DNA of 64,000 nucleotides from Chiloscyllium plagiosum. Lineage: Eukaryota. This document shows positions 25,285-37,950 of the stretch, piece after piece. The stretch's first letter is position 1. Each line of letters begins with the position of its first letter. The stretch is from the NCBI RefSeq assembly GCF_004010195.1, contig NC_057717.1:98292733-98356732 (forward strand). The letters run 5' to 3'. Both the position numbers and the translations under genes were made by a program. The notes under the pieces were generated by a model. The model saw nothing but the letters and a program-made list of their open reading frames with translations. It was not told the origin of the DNA and searched no databases.

Positions 25285-27065
25285 GTAACCGGATTTTCTG
25301 TTGGCAGGGTTAATCTAATAATTAATCTAGCAATTCGCTGCATCTGGGATAAAGGAAGAGAAAGGATTAAAAATTCAATGCATGGCGATAAACTGACACC
25401 GCTCAAGTTGGTTGCACATCTACCTCTTAGTCAGAAGGTTATAGGTTCATATCCCTTTTCAGACATTGAGTACACAGTCTAGGCAGGTCCTCCAATGTGG
25501 TACTGCAGTGGCTGTTTATCAGATGAATTATTAACCAAACCCTGTTTTCAGGTAGCTGTAGGAGGTTGGTACGGTGGCTCAGTGGTTAACACTGCTGCCT
25601 CACAGTGCCAGGGACCCGGGTTCGATTCCAGCTTTGGGTGACTGTCTGTGTGGAGTTTGCACATTCTCCCTGTGTCTGCGTGGATGTGCTCCAATTTCCT
25701 CCCACAGTCCAAAGATGTGCAGGTTAGGGTGGATTGGCCATGCTAAATTGCCACATAGTGTCCAGAAATGGATTGGCTATGGGAAATACAGGGATACAGT
25801 AGGAAGTTCTTCAGAGGGTCAGTGCATGCTCAATGGGCCGAATTGCCTGCATCCACAGTGCAGGGACTCTATGATCCTACTCCAGTATTTGCTGTGTCGC
25901 CATAGTCTTACCAAACCATAGGAGCTGCTCTCTCATGAGAGAGAGAGAGAGAAGCAACTGGTGGTGATTTAAGCTGAGGGCCACCAGACCTCAGGTGAGG
26001 GAAGGAGAGTCCTTCATGGCAACCTCAAACCAGTGATGGGAATTGAACCCACACTGTTGGCATCACACTGCTCTGCAAACCAATCATACAGCCAACTGAG
26101 GGAGACCAACCTGCCCTACTCCAGTATAGAATCCCTACAGTGTGGAAACAGGCCCTGGGGCCCAACAAGTCCATACCGACCCTCTGAAGAGTAATCCATC
26201 CACATCCATTCTCCTACATTTACTAATGCACCTAGCCTGCACATCCCTGAACACTATGGGGCAATTTAGCATGGCCAATCCACTCTAACCTGCACATCTT
26301 TGGACTGTGGGAGGAAACCGGAGCACCCGGAGAAAACTCATGCAGACACGGGGAGAATGTGCAAACTCCACAGAGACAGTCACCCGAGGTTGGAATCGAA
26401 CCTGGGTCCCTGGCGCTATGAGGCAGCAGTGCTAACCACTGTGCAGCCCTAAACCAAAATGGAGAATGTGGGTATTCTCTCAGAAAAAACAGAGGGGGCA
26501 ATCAAAGTGAAACGAAAAATCCTCACAGGGAGTGACTAGCTGGATATGGATGTGATGATTTCCCCTAGCCTAGAGCTCTCAATCCAGGTGAGATAATCTC
26601 AGGATAAGGGGCAGGCTCACTTGGACTGAGAGGTGGAGGAACGTCTTCACTCAGGGGCTGGTGAACCTTTGGAATTCCCAGAGAGATGTGGCAGCTCTGT
26701 CATCGAGCGAGCTCAAGATGGTGGGATGGCGCCGGAAAGTGGGATTGAGGTCAAGATCACCTGGGAATAGCAGGGCAAGATAGAGGACTGAATGGCCTCC
26801 TCCTGTTAACATGGGAATTAAAGATAAAAGAGTTGAGCGGGTCCCTTCGTCTCTGAGTATCATCTCGGAGACCTGATCCAAATGTAGTGAAGGTAAATGC
26901 TAACCTTTTAACCTTAACCCAAACCCAAACCCAATCTGGGCGCAACAAGTGGCTTTAGATCATCTTCTGCTCTCCAGATGAAGATCGGTTTCACAGGTCA
27001 GTGCAACATCGAGGGCCGAAGGGCCTGTACTGCGCTGTAATGTTCTATGTCCTGTGTATAATATA

Positions 27066-27512
27066 CAAGGATGGTGCCAGGGTTGGAGGGTTTGAGCTAC
27101 AGGGAGAGGCTGAACAGGCTGGTGGGACTGTTTTCCCTGGAGCGTCAGAGGCTGAGGGGTGACCTTCTAGAGATTTATAAAATCATGAGGGGTATGGATA
27201 GGCAAGGTCTTTTCCCTGGGCTGGGGGAGTCCAGAACTAGAGGCTGTAGGTTTCGAGTGAGAGGGGAAAGATTTAAAAGGGACCCAAGGGGCAACTTTCT
27301 CACGCAGAGGGTGGTGAATGTATGGAATGAGTTGCCAGAGGCTGGTACAATTACTGCATGTACAAGGCATCTGGATGGGTAGATGAATAGGAAAAGTTTA
27401 GAGGGAATGGGCCAAGTGCTGGCAACTGGGACTGGATTAGGTTAGGATATCTGGTCAGCATGGACGATTTGGACCGAGGGGTCTGTTTCTGTGCTGTACA
27501 TCTGTGTGACTC
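27066..27512 (+). mobile_element. CR1 LINE 3' fragment
   Basis: ORF2 C-terminus and 3'UTR. Confidence 0.9.
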
Positions 27513-27823
27513 CAAGAGCTGAGCATCCCACAGTTCAGAATCCTTTGGCAGTCTCACAAAGAAAGGCCACCAGTTCAGCGAGATAGGCACATGGGAAACG
27601 CTAATCCCCAGACAGGAGCCAAAGTTCCATTTGGATTGACTGAACGTGCATTTAGCTGAACCGTCCTTTATCTCAAAATGCTTGATGCAAAGACAGTGGG
27701 ACGGGTTCCACTATTAATGGAACCCGTCCCACTGATGCATACAAGGAAACCTTGTCACGTCATTTAGATAATCAAACATATTTACCTCAGTTCAACACCA
27801 ACTGCATCTTCTTTCATTTACAG

Positions 27824-27911
27824 AATGATCAAGGAAAAAATTTGGCCTCTGGTGCCCTCCCCTGAGAACATGTTCGATGGATTGTTCACTGTGTACCGGG
27901 GGAATTTCCAG
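27824..27911 (+). CDS. EPOR: EPOR exon 7 (Box1 JAK2-binding)
   Basis: [29 protein letters not shown] (human [28 protein letters not shown]); AG and GTAAAT boundaries. Confidence 0.95.
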
Positions 27912-29556
27912 GTAAATCACGGCTTTAAAGCACATTCTGAGCAACTGCACGTTCAAACTCTGGAATGTTCTGGAAACTGAAAGCCAACGTCTCGTCTCTT
28001 GTGCTGAATCCTGTGGAGTACGGCTCCATGACCACATCGAATCCTTCTAGTTTGGTTTGGTACCAGCCAGGGTAGACATGGGCAAAGTGAATGGACGCTG
28101 GGCACAAGAAGGAAGTGCCCAGGATCCTGGATGGAGATGGGCTCCCAAACCCACCCTCTTTCACAGCAAGAGGTTAAATCGAAGGTCATCTGCCTTTGCA
28201 TAAGGTCGCAATGACCCTATGGCACCATTCGGAGTTCAGCAGAGTTTTCCTCAGCAGAGTTTTCCACAGCCTCCCAATTGATTGAGAGATGAGTGTCAGT
28301 GTCACAACAGCAGCTCTTCAGGCTGATGACATGGATCATTGTGGGAGCTTGCTGTCCTCAAATTGATTGTCGTTGCTCCTTCATTCTCAATTGTGCCTGC
28401 ACCACAATTGCACCGAGTTGGCCATAAACTCGTGGGGCGGCATGGTGGCACAGTGGTTAGCACTGCTGCCTCACAGCGCCAGAGACCTGGGTTCAATTCC
28501 CGCCTCAGGCAACTCTCTGTGTGGAGTTTGCACATTCTCCACGTGTCTGCGTGGGTTTCCTCCCACAGTCCAAAAACGTGCAAGTGAGGTGAATTGGCAA
28601 TGTCAAATTGCCTGTAGTGTTAGGTGAAGGGGTAAATGTAGGGGAATGGGTCTGGGTAGGTTGCGCTTCGGCGAGTCGGTGTGGACTTGTTGGGCTGAAG
28701 GGCCTGTTTCCACACTGTAAGTAATCTAAAACACTTGGCAAGGTCACAAAATATTACAGAATAGAAAGAGGCCCTTCAGCCCATTGAGTCCTCACTACTC
28801 ATCCAGCACCTAACTATTCACTTTCCCAGACCTGGTACATAATCTTGTGTGCTACGGCATTTCGAGTCTTCATTTAAATATTTCTCAGATGTTTTATTGA
28901 TTCCCGCCAATCCCAGGCTTTCAGGAACTGCCTTCCAGATGCAAATGTCCGAAATCCCCTCTCAGTTTCCTGCCAATTACTGTGCCTCCTGGTAATTTAC
29001 CCCTTTACTGAGGGGAACAGTTTGTCCATATTGAAACAAGGAAGGACAGAAAGTGCAGGAGAAACTCAGTAGCTCTGGCAGCAGTTGTTGAGAGAGAAGG
29101 AGTTAATGTTTCAGGTTCCAGTTGACCCTTCAGAAGCAGACTCGAAATGTTAACTCTGTTTCTCTCTCCACAGTTGCTGCCAGACCTGCTGAGTTTCTCC
29201 AGCAATTTCTGCCCTTGCGCGTTTTCAGCATGTTTTCAGTTCTTTTGGTTTATCTCATTCCTACCGACCCAGTCTGTACCACTCCCTGTATCTGAGTCAG
29301 ATCCGTCAATGCCCACAGCTCCATGGAAAGCAACCCTAACCTCTGTTGTCTGTGTAGATGTGAAGGGTGCTCTGTTAATGTGTAATGTATAGAAAGGGGA
29401 GGCCTGTAAGGGGGAGGAGTACTGAATGAAAAAATACGGAGATAAATCTTAGAGTAATCTAGGAAGCTGTTGGAGGGCTTTGTGTGAGATGTTGGTGGGG
29501 GAGGAGGGGAGTGAAATTTAAATGCCTTTGTTGGAATGATTTTCCTCACCAATACA

Positions 29557-29990
29557 AGTCTGGGAGTGCCCAGTCCCCGTCTGGCAATGCCCAGTTCTCA
29601 TCAGGCAGTGTCCAGTCCTCGTCTGGCAATGCCCAGTTCTCGTCTGGCAGTGCCTAGTCCTTGTCTGGCTGTATCTAGTCCGTCTAACAATGCCCATTCC
29701 TTGCCTGGCAATGCCCAGTCCCAGTCTAGCAATGGCCAGTCCTCGTGTGGCAGTGCCTAGGCCTTGTCTGGCAGTGCCCAGTCCATCTAGCAATGCCCAG
29801 TCCCAGTCTGGCAATGCCTAGTACCAGTCCGACAGTCTGACCTGCTGTGCTTTTCTAACACCAGCCTGACAGTGCCCAGTCCTTGTCTAGCAATGCCAAG
29901 TACCAGTCTGGCAGTGCCCAGTCCTTGTCTAGCAGTACCCAGGCATGTCTAGCAATGCCAAGTCTTTGCCTGGCAATGTCCAGTCCTGTC
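29557..29990. repeat. 21-bp-unit minisatellite (about 19-20 degenerate copies)
   Basis: Consensus GTCTGGCAATGCCCAGTCC(TC/TT/CA). Confidence 0.9.
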
Positions 29991-30020
29991 ACAGATCATG
30001 GTTTTGTTTGCGTGTTGCAG

Positions 30021-30761
30021 GAGTGGCTGAACTGGAGCAGCGCACAGGTCTGGTGGAACCTGCAGTTCTTCAGCACCGACGAGATAGCCAGCGCCCTGGA
30101 GATTTTGTCCGAGACAAAGACATTTCCTCTGGGTCTGCCCGCAGCCAAGCATCAGGAGGGCTTCCTGGATGAGCGGAGCTGCCTGGTGTCCGGGCCCAAC
30201 CTGTTCAAGCCGCAGCGAGACAAAGGCCTGGTGGGTGAAGGCAAGCCCACTGCTGGAGCACCAGAAGGACCCGACACCAGGGAGGTCTATGTTGTCTTGA
30301 ATCAGAATTTCTTCGCCGGTCGCCCCTCTCTGCCCGACACCTGCAGCCTCACGCAGAGCAGCAACGATGTCTCGGACGAAGAGATGCCTTTGACGTTGTT
30401 GTTCGAGGGTTCCAGACCGGGCTCCGAGGACGACAAGTCGTCCGTCGGAGAGAACTCTTCGGGGCGAGACTCCATCTCACGTCAGTCATCACTGTCGAGC
30501 AGGATCGAGTTAGGGACTCCTGAGCAGCAGGTGGCTTTCCACTCTGACCCCAGTGGACAATTACTTTACCTGAGTCCCTTAAGGTTCAAGTTGGAGAGTG
30601 ACAGAAATTATCCGTACCTTCTGATGTCAGACTCAGGGATTTCAGCTGATTTCAGCACCACAGACGTCCCATCACACAGGAACACAGCAAGCTCATACAC
30701 AAATCTCTACAAGAGGGAAGATCTCCCGAAGTGCTTACACACTGCACACCTGGAATCTTGA
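30021..30761 (+). CDS. EPOR: EPOR exon 8 (cytoplasmic tail to stop)
   Basis: Acceptor tgtttgcgtgttgcAG; Box2-like ALEILSE, EVYVVLN (STAT5 site), YPYLLMSDSGISADFS, SYTNLY; TGA ends at 30761. Confidence 0.93.
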   Translation, partial: EWLNWSSAQVWWNLQFFSTDEIASALEILSETKTFPLGLPAAKHQEGFLDERSCLVSGPNLFKPQRDKGLVGEGKPTAGAPEGPDTREVYVVLNQNFFAGRPSLPDTCSLTQSSNDVSDEEMPLTLLFEGSRPGSEDDKSSVGENSSGRDSISRQSSLSSRIELGTPEQQVAFHSDPSGQLLYLSPLRFKLESDRNYPYLLMSDSGISADFSTTDVPSHRNTASSYTNLYKREDLPKCLHTAHLES

Positions 30762-31392
30762 GATCTACTCGATTGGCCATGAAAGATCTTCCCCCATCAC
30801 TTTACTTGTGTGAGCTGCCTTACAGCTGAGTTCACATTGGGAGGGTCTCAAGATTGTCTTGTTGTTTCATGTCGTTCAATTGAGCTGGAAGGACAGGGCG
30901 AGTAAATTTGCTACCGTGCCCGGATAATAAAGTAATATGCCACACGAATGTGAGTGCAAGCAAGCAGTGGGACCTTACTCAGATCAAAGAGGTTAGCACG
31001 ACACTTTAGAGACAACTATCGGTCGTGACAGACACAGTTCCTGCTCGGAATCGTTCAACTAATCCCAGGAGGAAGGGGTTGGCGAGAGGGATAGAGATGT
31101 GGGCTCATGTACGCACTACAGAACGGGCAGACAGAGGAGGCAATGGCACCAGCTCGCTACAGAGAAAGAGGAAGGGTGACAAGGTTCAGACCATCGCCAG
31201 GGAATGTTCACTTCAGAGAAGAAAGCAGAGACTGTGAAGACAAACCCCTTTATGTGGAGTGTATTAATGGCTCAATCTCACGTGACAGTGTTTGAATGTG
31301 CAGTGACATGAAGATGTGAATGCTTGTCAGAGTTTTGAGGTGTGTGAACACTGATCAGGAAGGCTCTACAATACCCCCTTTCCCCCACCCTG

Positions 31393-32177
31393 ACACATAC
31401 TCTCTCACACACGCACATACACACACACACTCACTCATACTTGCTCTCACACTCACTGGCACACATACACTTTCTGTCTCACTCACACACACACGGGCAC
31501 TCTCTCTCACTCACTCACACATTCACTCTCTCACACTCACTGCACTCTCATTTACACACACACACTCGCTCTCTCTCACTCTTTCTCTCACACACGCTCT
31601 CTCTCACACTCACTGGCACATGCACTTTCTGTCTCTCTCACTCATAGACACACTCACTTACTCACACACACAGGCACTGTCTCTCACTCACTCATACATT
31701 CACTCTCACACTCACTGACACATGCACTCTATCACACACACATACACTCTGTCTCTCTCATTCACACACACGTACATGCACCCTCTCTCACTCACATACA
31801 CACACCGTCTCAATTACTCTCACACACATACTGTCTCTCATTTACACACTCACATGCACTCTCATTTACTCACACACACTTTCTCATTCACTCACATCCA
31901 CACACACATACTCTCTCTCATTTACACACTCACGCACACTCTCATTTACTCACACACACTTTCTCATTCACTCACACCCCCACACACACTGTCTCAATTA
32001 CTCTCACATACATATTCTCTCTCATTTACACACTCACGCACACTCTCATTTACACACACACACTTTCTCATTCACTCACACCCACACACAGACTTTCTCT
32101 CTCTCAGACACACATGCACTTTCCCTCACACAGGCACTGTCTCTCACTCACACACACATGCACTCTTTCAAACTCAC
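31393..32177. repeat. Cryptic CA/CT-rich simple repeat
   Basis: Degenerate (CACT/CACA/CTCT)n with recurring CTCTCATTTACACAC, ending at a small gap. Confidence 0.95.
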
Positions 32178-34292
32178 NNNNNNNNNNNNNNNNNNNNNNN
32201 NTTTCATTGCAAGCTGTATACAGTTAGCTGGTTTCCGTTGAGGTGATGGTAGGGAGAGTACAATTGCTTCAGATTAATTCTGTGGTGCTGGCTCTGACTC
32301 CGTGTGAGTCTAAGGTCAAAGGTTCAGGCCCCAGCCCAGAGAGAAGGGTTCAAATCCAGACTGACCCTCACAGTGCAGAGGTGACCACTACCCCTCAGAC
32401 GAGATCTCACCCATTCTGCCCTCTCGTGTGAAAGCGATTATTTGGGAAAGAGCATTAACTTGTGGGGGTAGTTTCCCTGGCCCCCCCTTAACCAATATTT
32501 ATCCTTCAGTTGAAGCACTAAGACAGATTATGACAGCACGTTGCTGTTTTTTGGGAGCTGTCTGTGTTCAAATTAACTATATTTCAGCAGGACTGCACTT
32601 CAAAACCTGCTAGGTCATTAGGGGCCTGGGACATCCTGGGGAAGAAGATATAAGTCCTTCCTCCAATGATCCTGAACTAGGGAGGAGGACATTAGATCTG
32701 CTCTCTGGATTTAAGTGGGGTAGAAGACTCAACTGTGATGGTCACTACAGCTTGCACTGCCCAAAATATGAACAGCAACTGACTGAAGTAAGATGCTGAA
32801 TGGGAGAACGGAGAAGGGAGTGGGGGACTGAAAGTCAGCGATGAAACCAACATACCTCGGAATGCAGGAGAACAATGGAATTTTTTTTCACTAACCACAG
32901 AGTTTATCAGTTCTTAAAGTGCTGTCACATCGATGACTAAACATTATCAGCACAGAGTCTGGGATGGTGGATAGAGAGAGAAAAAAAACTGAATGCGTGT
33001 GTTCTTCAAATCACAACACGCCCACTGCATAGTTCCAAGAATTCTGTGGGGACTTTGTAGGAAAAATACAATGGGGTTTCTTTGTTCTTGCATTCCCATG
33101 AGACTGGGTGTCTTATATTAATACAGGGTCCAGCGGGAAGCCATGAAATCTGTTCTCACTGGCAATATGGAGATACTTTAAGTTCACACATGAACACTGC
33201 TTGAGCAACTTAGTGTGACTGGAAAGAGTATTCATCCCATTTTAATTCCTGGAGGCTTATCATGAATGTGGCAAACTCCACCCTTGTGAACCCTCATTAC
33301 TGAAAATTATACACTTCGTATACATTCCTAAGGGCAGTTGGCTGAATTATTTAGACAATCTTGCTCTAAATATTACTCAGGTTTTGCTGAGTCTCTCAGC
33401 ACAGTGCGGAAAAGACATTTCTCCTGGGCTCTGATGCTTGTACGTTTAATCTCGAAACCCCTGTCAGGCTGTGGAAAGAACAAAGGTGGTAAAGCCCATT
33501 TGACACTGGTTAGGGGTGGTGCAATGAGTCGCAGTGTTGATATTTTTATACACCCTGTTCTGACCTACCTCTGAAGTGGGTCGGACTTGAACCCGGGACT
33601 TTGAGCTCAGAGGTGGGGACACTACCACTGCACCACAAGAGGAAAAACGTGTCATGCCGCCAAAATACAGGGGTCCCCAATTTACAAACATCTGACTTAC
33701 AAATACTTAGGAGTGTCTTCCCAGACAGGGATGTAATTTTAAAGATCTGACGTATGATCATGTCCTGCGCTCACAAATAGCTCCTTTATATTGTGTGCCA
33801 ACTTGCAGACAAGTCGACCTGCAAACAGCCTCCATTAGTGACTTGGGGACTAGGTTTGGTGGACAAGTAGGATGTTCCTGGATATTTATTTCCCCTCATG
33901 CAGAGGGGAACTAAACCCTTCTTGTTTTCCAGTGACTAAGTTAAATCACGTCCTGGTGATTGTGCTGTCGAGTAATTGTGTGCCATAACACCACTGATAG
34001 CAATCTGCTCAATTTCCTGCTTATAACCAGAAAGCCATCTTGGCTGAAGGTACACATTGCTGTAAAACAGAAAGAGAGACAATATCCTGACACAGCAACT
34101 GTACATAATTAACGTTTTAGGTCATTGGCATTTTGTCTGATTTATTTCGGATTTCCAACATCCTGTATCTTTGGTTTCACTGTAAAATGTAAACTTGTGT
34201 ACATAAACTGTTTATTCTTACAGAAAGCATTTTTTTACAACATTCAAAAAGTATTTTGGATAACTGTTCCCTATTTTGGATATTTTTCTATG

Positions 34293-34298
34293 AATAAA
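34293..34298 (+). terminator. Candidate EPOR polyadenylation signal
   Basis: AATAAA preceded by a U-rich, TGTA-containing stretch and followed by GT/T-rich downstream sequence (about 34325-34365). Confidence 0.55.
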
Positions 34299-34693
34299 AT
34301 CGTTTGATTTTATTTAATACGCATATTTGTTTCTTTGCTCTGTGTTGACTGTTTTTGTATTTATACTCTTAAATATCAAAATTTGACTTCGTTAAGGACT
34401 GTGGCTCATTCACACTTAAGTTGTTCCCTTTGTGGGCATGATTGGTTGCATTATCAATTATCACATCGTTTAAACGTATACCTGTCTTAATTACAAGCCA
34501 AAAGTTTATTTTGTAATTATAATTAAAAATCAGGAAAGGCAACCGTGTCACCCATCCCTGAAGGAACTACCAATAAAACTTGGAAATCTCTCACACACAC
34601 ACACACACACACACATCTGACTTGTCCTTTAAGTATGTTTAATCAATCCACCTGGATATGTTAAAATGCAGATCTGGAGTGGGTGGGACTTGG

Positions 34694-35345
34694 GAGTCAT
34701 AGAGATGTACAACACAGAAACAGACGCTTCTGTCCAACTCATCCATGCCGACCAGATATGCCACATTAATCTCGTCCTATTTGCCAGCACCCAGCCCATA
34801 TCCCTCAACCCTTCCTATTCATATACCCATCCAGATGCCTTTTAAACATTGCAATTGTACCAGCCTCCACCACATCCTCTGGCAGCTCATTCCATACACA
34901 CACCACCCTCTGTATGAAAAAGTTGCCCCTCAGGTCCCTTTTATATCTTTCCCCTCTCACCCTAAACGTATGCCCTCTAGTTCTGGACTCACCTACCCCA
35001 GGAAAAAGACCTTGTCTATTTACCCTATCCATGCCCCTCATAATTTTATAAACCTCCATAAAGTCTCCCCCTCAGCCTCCGACGCTCCAGGGAAAACAGC
35101 CCCAGCCTATTCAGCCTCTCCCTATAGCTCAAACCCTCCAACCCTGGCAACACCCTTGTAAATCTTTTCACAGCCCTTTCAGGTTTCGCAATATCCTTCC
35201 GATAGGAGGGAACCAGAATTGCACACAATATTCCAAAAGTGTCCTGTACAGCTGCAAAATGACATCTCAACTCCTGCACTGACCAATAAAAGATAAACAT
35301 AACAAGTGCTTCCATCACCACCCTGTCTCCCTGTGACTCCACTTT
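34694..35345 (-). mobile_element. CR1 LINE 3' fragment
   Basis: Reverse ORF2 end and 3'UTR. Confidence 0.9.
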
Positions 35346-35479
35346 CAGGCCAGAGGTAGGGACACCACCATTAGACCCTCCTGACTTGGGTACTTTAAAT
35401 GGAACTCCAATATGCTTCATTTCTGAGTGTCACTTTTTTAAAACCCCTTTCTTCGCCTCTGGGTTTAATGTGTGCTTGG

Positions 35480-36340
35480 GGAGGGATTTGGAATCTCTCC
35501 ATATCCACACCCAGGTCGGCCTGTACCACATGTCTCCTCTACGTTGGGGAAACAGAGTGTAGACTGGGTGACTGCTTTACGGTCCATCTGCCAAAGAGAC
35601 CCTGAGCTTCCAATTGCATGCCATTCACCACTCCACCCTGTTCCCTGGCCGACAGCTCTTGTCTCAGGCTTGCTGCAGTGCTCCAGTGAAGCTCAGCACA
35701 AGCTGGAAAACCAGCACCTCGCTTTCCTCTCAGGGACCCCGCAGCCCTTCTGGATTCAATATCGAGTTCAACAATCTTAGGACTTCAGGCACCTTTTCCC
35801 ATGTCCCTACCTCAACCACCACACACTCGGCCTTGTTATCATATGTCTAGATTAGAGTGGTGCTGGAAAAGCACAGCAGGTCAGGCAGCATCCGAGGAGC
35901 AGGAAAATCGACGTTTGGGGCAAAAGCCCTTCATCAGGAATGGAGGCAGGGAGCCTCCAGGATGGAGAGATAAATGGGTGGGGGGGGTGAGACTGGGGAG
36001 AAGGTAGCAAAGACATGGTCTGCTATTACACACAACCCATTGTTAGCCCCTAACAGTCCTCATTAGTAGCTATTCATTGTCCCTGGCTTATCGTTATCCA
36101 CTCTTTTGTCTGTCCAAGTGTTCTCTATTTTGTTGGGTTCTATTTCCACCTAATGTCTACTTCTTACCATCCCCACCTCCCAAGTCTTCTGCACTAAATA
36201 CATCTTTTTCCTAGCTATCATCAGTTTTGAGGAATGGTCACTGGACCCGAAACATTAACTCTGCTTTCTCTCCGCAGCTGCTGAGCTTTTCCATCAATTT
36301 TTGTTTTTGTTTATGATTTCCAACATCCACAGTTCTTTTG
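35480..36340. mobile_element. Penelope-like (GIY-YIG) fragment with an inverted pLTR fragment inserted at about 35850-36012
   Basis: LLYVGETECRLGDCF (YxGET half of GIY-YIG); degenerate hammerhead motifs near 35905-35940(-) and 36225-36260(+). Confidence 0.7.
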
Positions 36341-37439
36341 ATTTCTATACCCCCCCCCCCCCCACCCTCTGCCAGCACTGACCACCAGTCTCTGCATTCA
36401 GAGGGCCCTCCTTTAGCTGAGGTTAACGCTACTTTGTAAAGGAGCATCATTAGCACCCTATCTCACTGGAATAAGTAGCACTTTCGACCTCTGAACAAAT
36501 TTGTGTTAAAAATGGCTGTCTCTGGAGGTGGTTGCTAAGAAGGTGGTATTTATGGGCCCTGTCTCTGCTAACGGCCAAACTCAGCCTTTGACCTCTCCTT
36601 TCCCCCATGCTCCCTACTGACCGAAGAAATCCACGACTGTCTGTTTTGAGTTCACTGAGCCCTCATATCTCTTTGGGGCAGAAGTTTCAAAAGTTCCCAA
36701 GCCCGCGAGAAGTGAAGGCATTTCTAACCCAGTGGCCGACCCAAACTGTCACCGGTTAAGAAACAATGTTGACGGACCCAGGGGCCCAGAAACAGGGAGA
36801 GAATGGAAACAGACATGCTGGACTATTTGGGAAGGAGACTTTGTGCTAAAGATTGCAACACTGGCAAACTATCATCTATTATGCACTTGTGCTACCTGGG
36901 CGGGTGCGAAGTCCCAACTCTGTTAAAACACCCGATAAGTTAATCTTTTGCTCGTCAGCCATGTAGCGGCTTAGCAGGCTCCATGGCAGTGAGCAGTCCC
37001 TGAACTTTTGACATCCTTGTTCGTGATATGCCTGTGTCAGTGGAATAAGATTAGAGGGTCCTGCTCATCAATCCCCAACTGACCAGTGCAAGGGCGCGAA
37101 AGGAGATTGTTTTCAGAAGCATTCACAACTTTCTGCACAGAAGCAAAGGAGAAACGTGTCTAAGTATTGCACGTGAATTCTCTCCCAGAGCAACAGGGTT
37201 GTCCCATAGCATTGGACAGGGAGAGTCTAAGACCACGGGTGCATGGACATTAATTGGATCCAAGTGCACAGAATAAACTCAGCTCCCACATTTTAAGCGA
37301 ATATAAAGCCTGTTATAAATTCCCAAGTTCCTGGAACCAAAGGGAATGGGCAGAAAGCAGGGACAGGGTTGGATAATCAGCCATGATCATATTTAATGGT
37401 GGGACAGACCTGAAGGACCTACCCCTTGGTCCTGTTTAT

Positions 37440-37950
37440 AGACTCATAGACAAGTACAGCACAGAAACCAACCCTTCGGTTCAACTCGTCCATGCTGACC
37501 TGATATTTGAAATTAATCTCGTCCCATATCCCTCTAAACCCTTCATATACCCATCCAGATGCCTTTTAAATGTTGCAATTGTACCAGCCTTCAACACTTC
37601 CTCTGGCAGCTCATTCCATACACGTACCACCCTCTATGTGAAAAAGTTGCCCCTCAGGTCCTTTTTAAATCTTTCCCCTCTCACCATAAACCTATGCCCT
37701 CAAGTTCTGGACTCCCCTGAACCCAGGGATAAAAACCTTGAGTATTTACCCTATCCATGCCCCTCATGATTTTGCAAACCTCTATAAGGTCACCCTTCAG
37801 TCTCCGATGTTCCAGTGAAAATAGCCCCAGCTTACTCAGCCTCTCCCTACAGCTCAAACACTCCAACCCTGGCAACATCTTTTCTGAACTGTTTCAAGTT
37901 TCACAACATCCTTCCTATGGGAGGGAGGACAGAAATGAATGCAGTATTCC
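37440..37950 (-). mobile_element. CR1 LINE 3' fragment
   Basis: Reverse ORF2 end and 3'UTR. Confidence 0.88.

Noticed and set aside
25340-25400. GATAA motifs in EPOR introns as an erythroid enhancer
   Set aside because: Short motifs at background frequency without canonical E-box/GATA spacing; conservation cannot be tested here
26900-26935. TAACCC/AAACCC telomere-like run
   Set aside because: Too short and degenerate to call an interstitial telomere
29557-29990. CRISPR-like appearance of this array (also 52550-52834)
   Set aside because: No unique spacers and a vertebrate intron context; ordinary minisatellites
17422-30761. Alternative identity as MPL (thrombopoietin receptor)
   Set aside because: Only one cytokine-receptor module is seen, and the TM, Box1 and SDSGIS motifs plus SWSAP1 adjacency fit EPOR
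31320-32246. His/Thr/Leu/Ser-rich ORFs
   Set aside because: Translation of a CA/CT simple repeat
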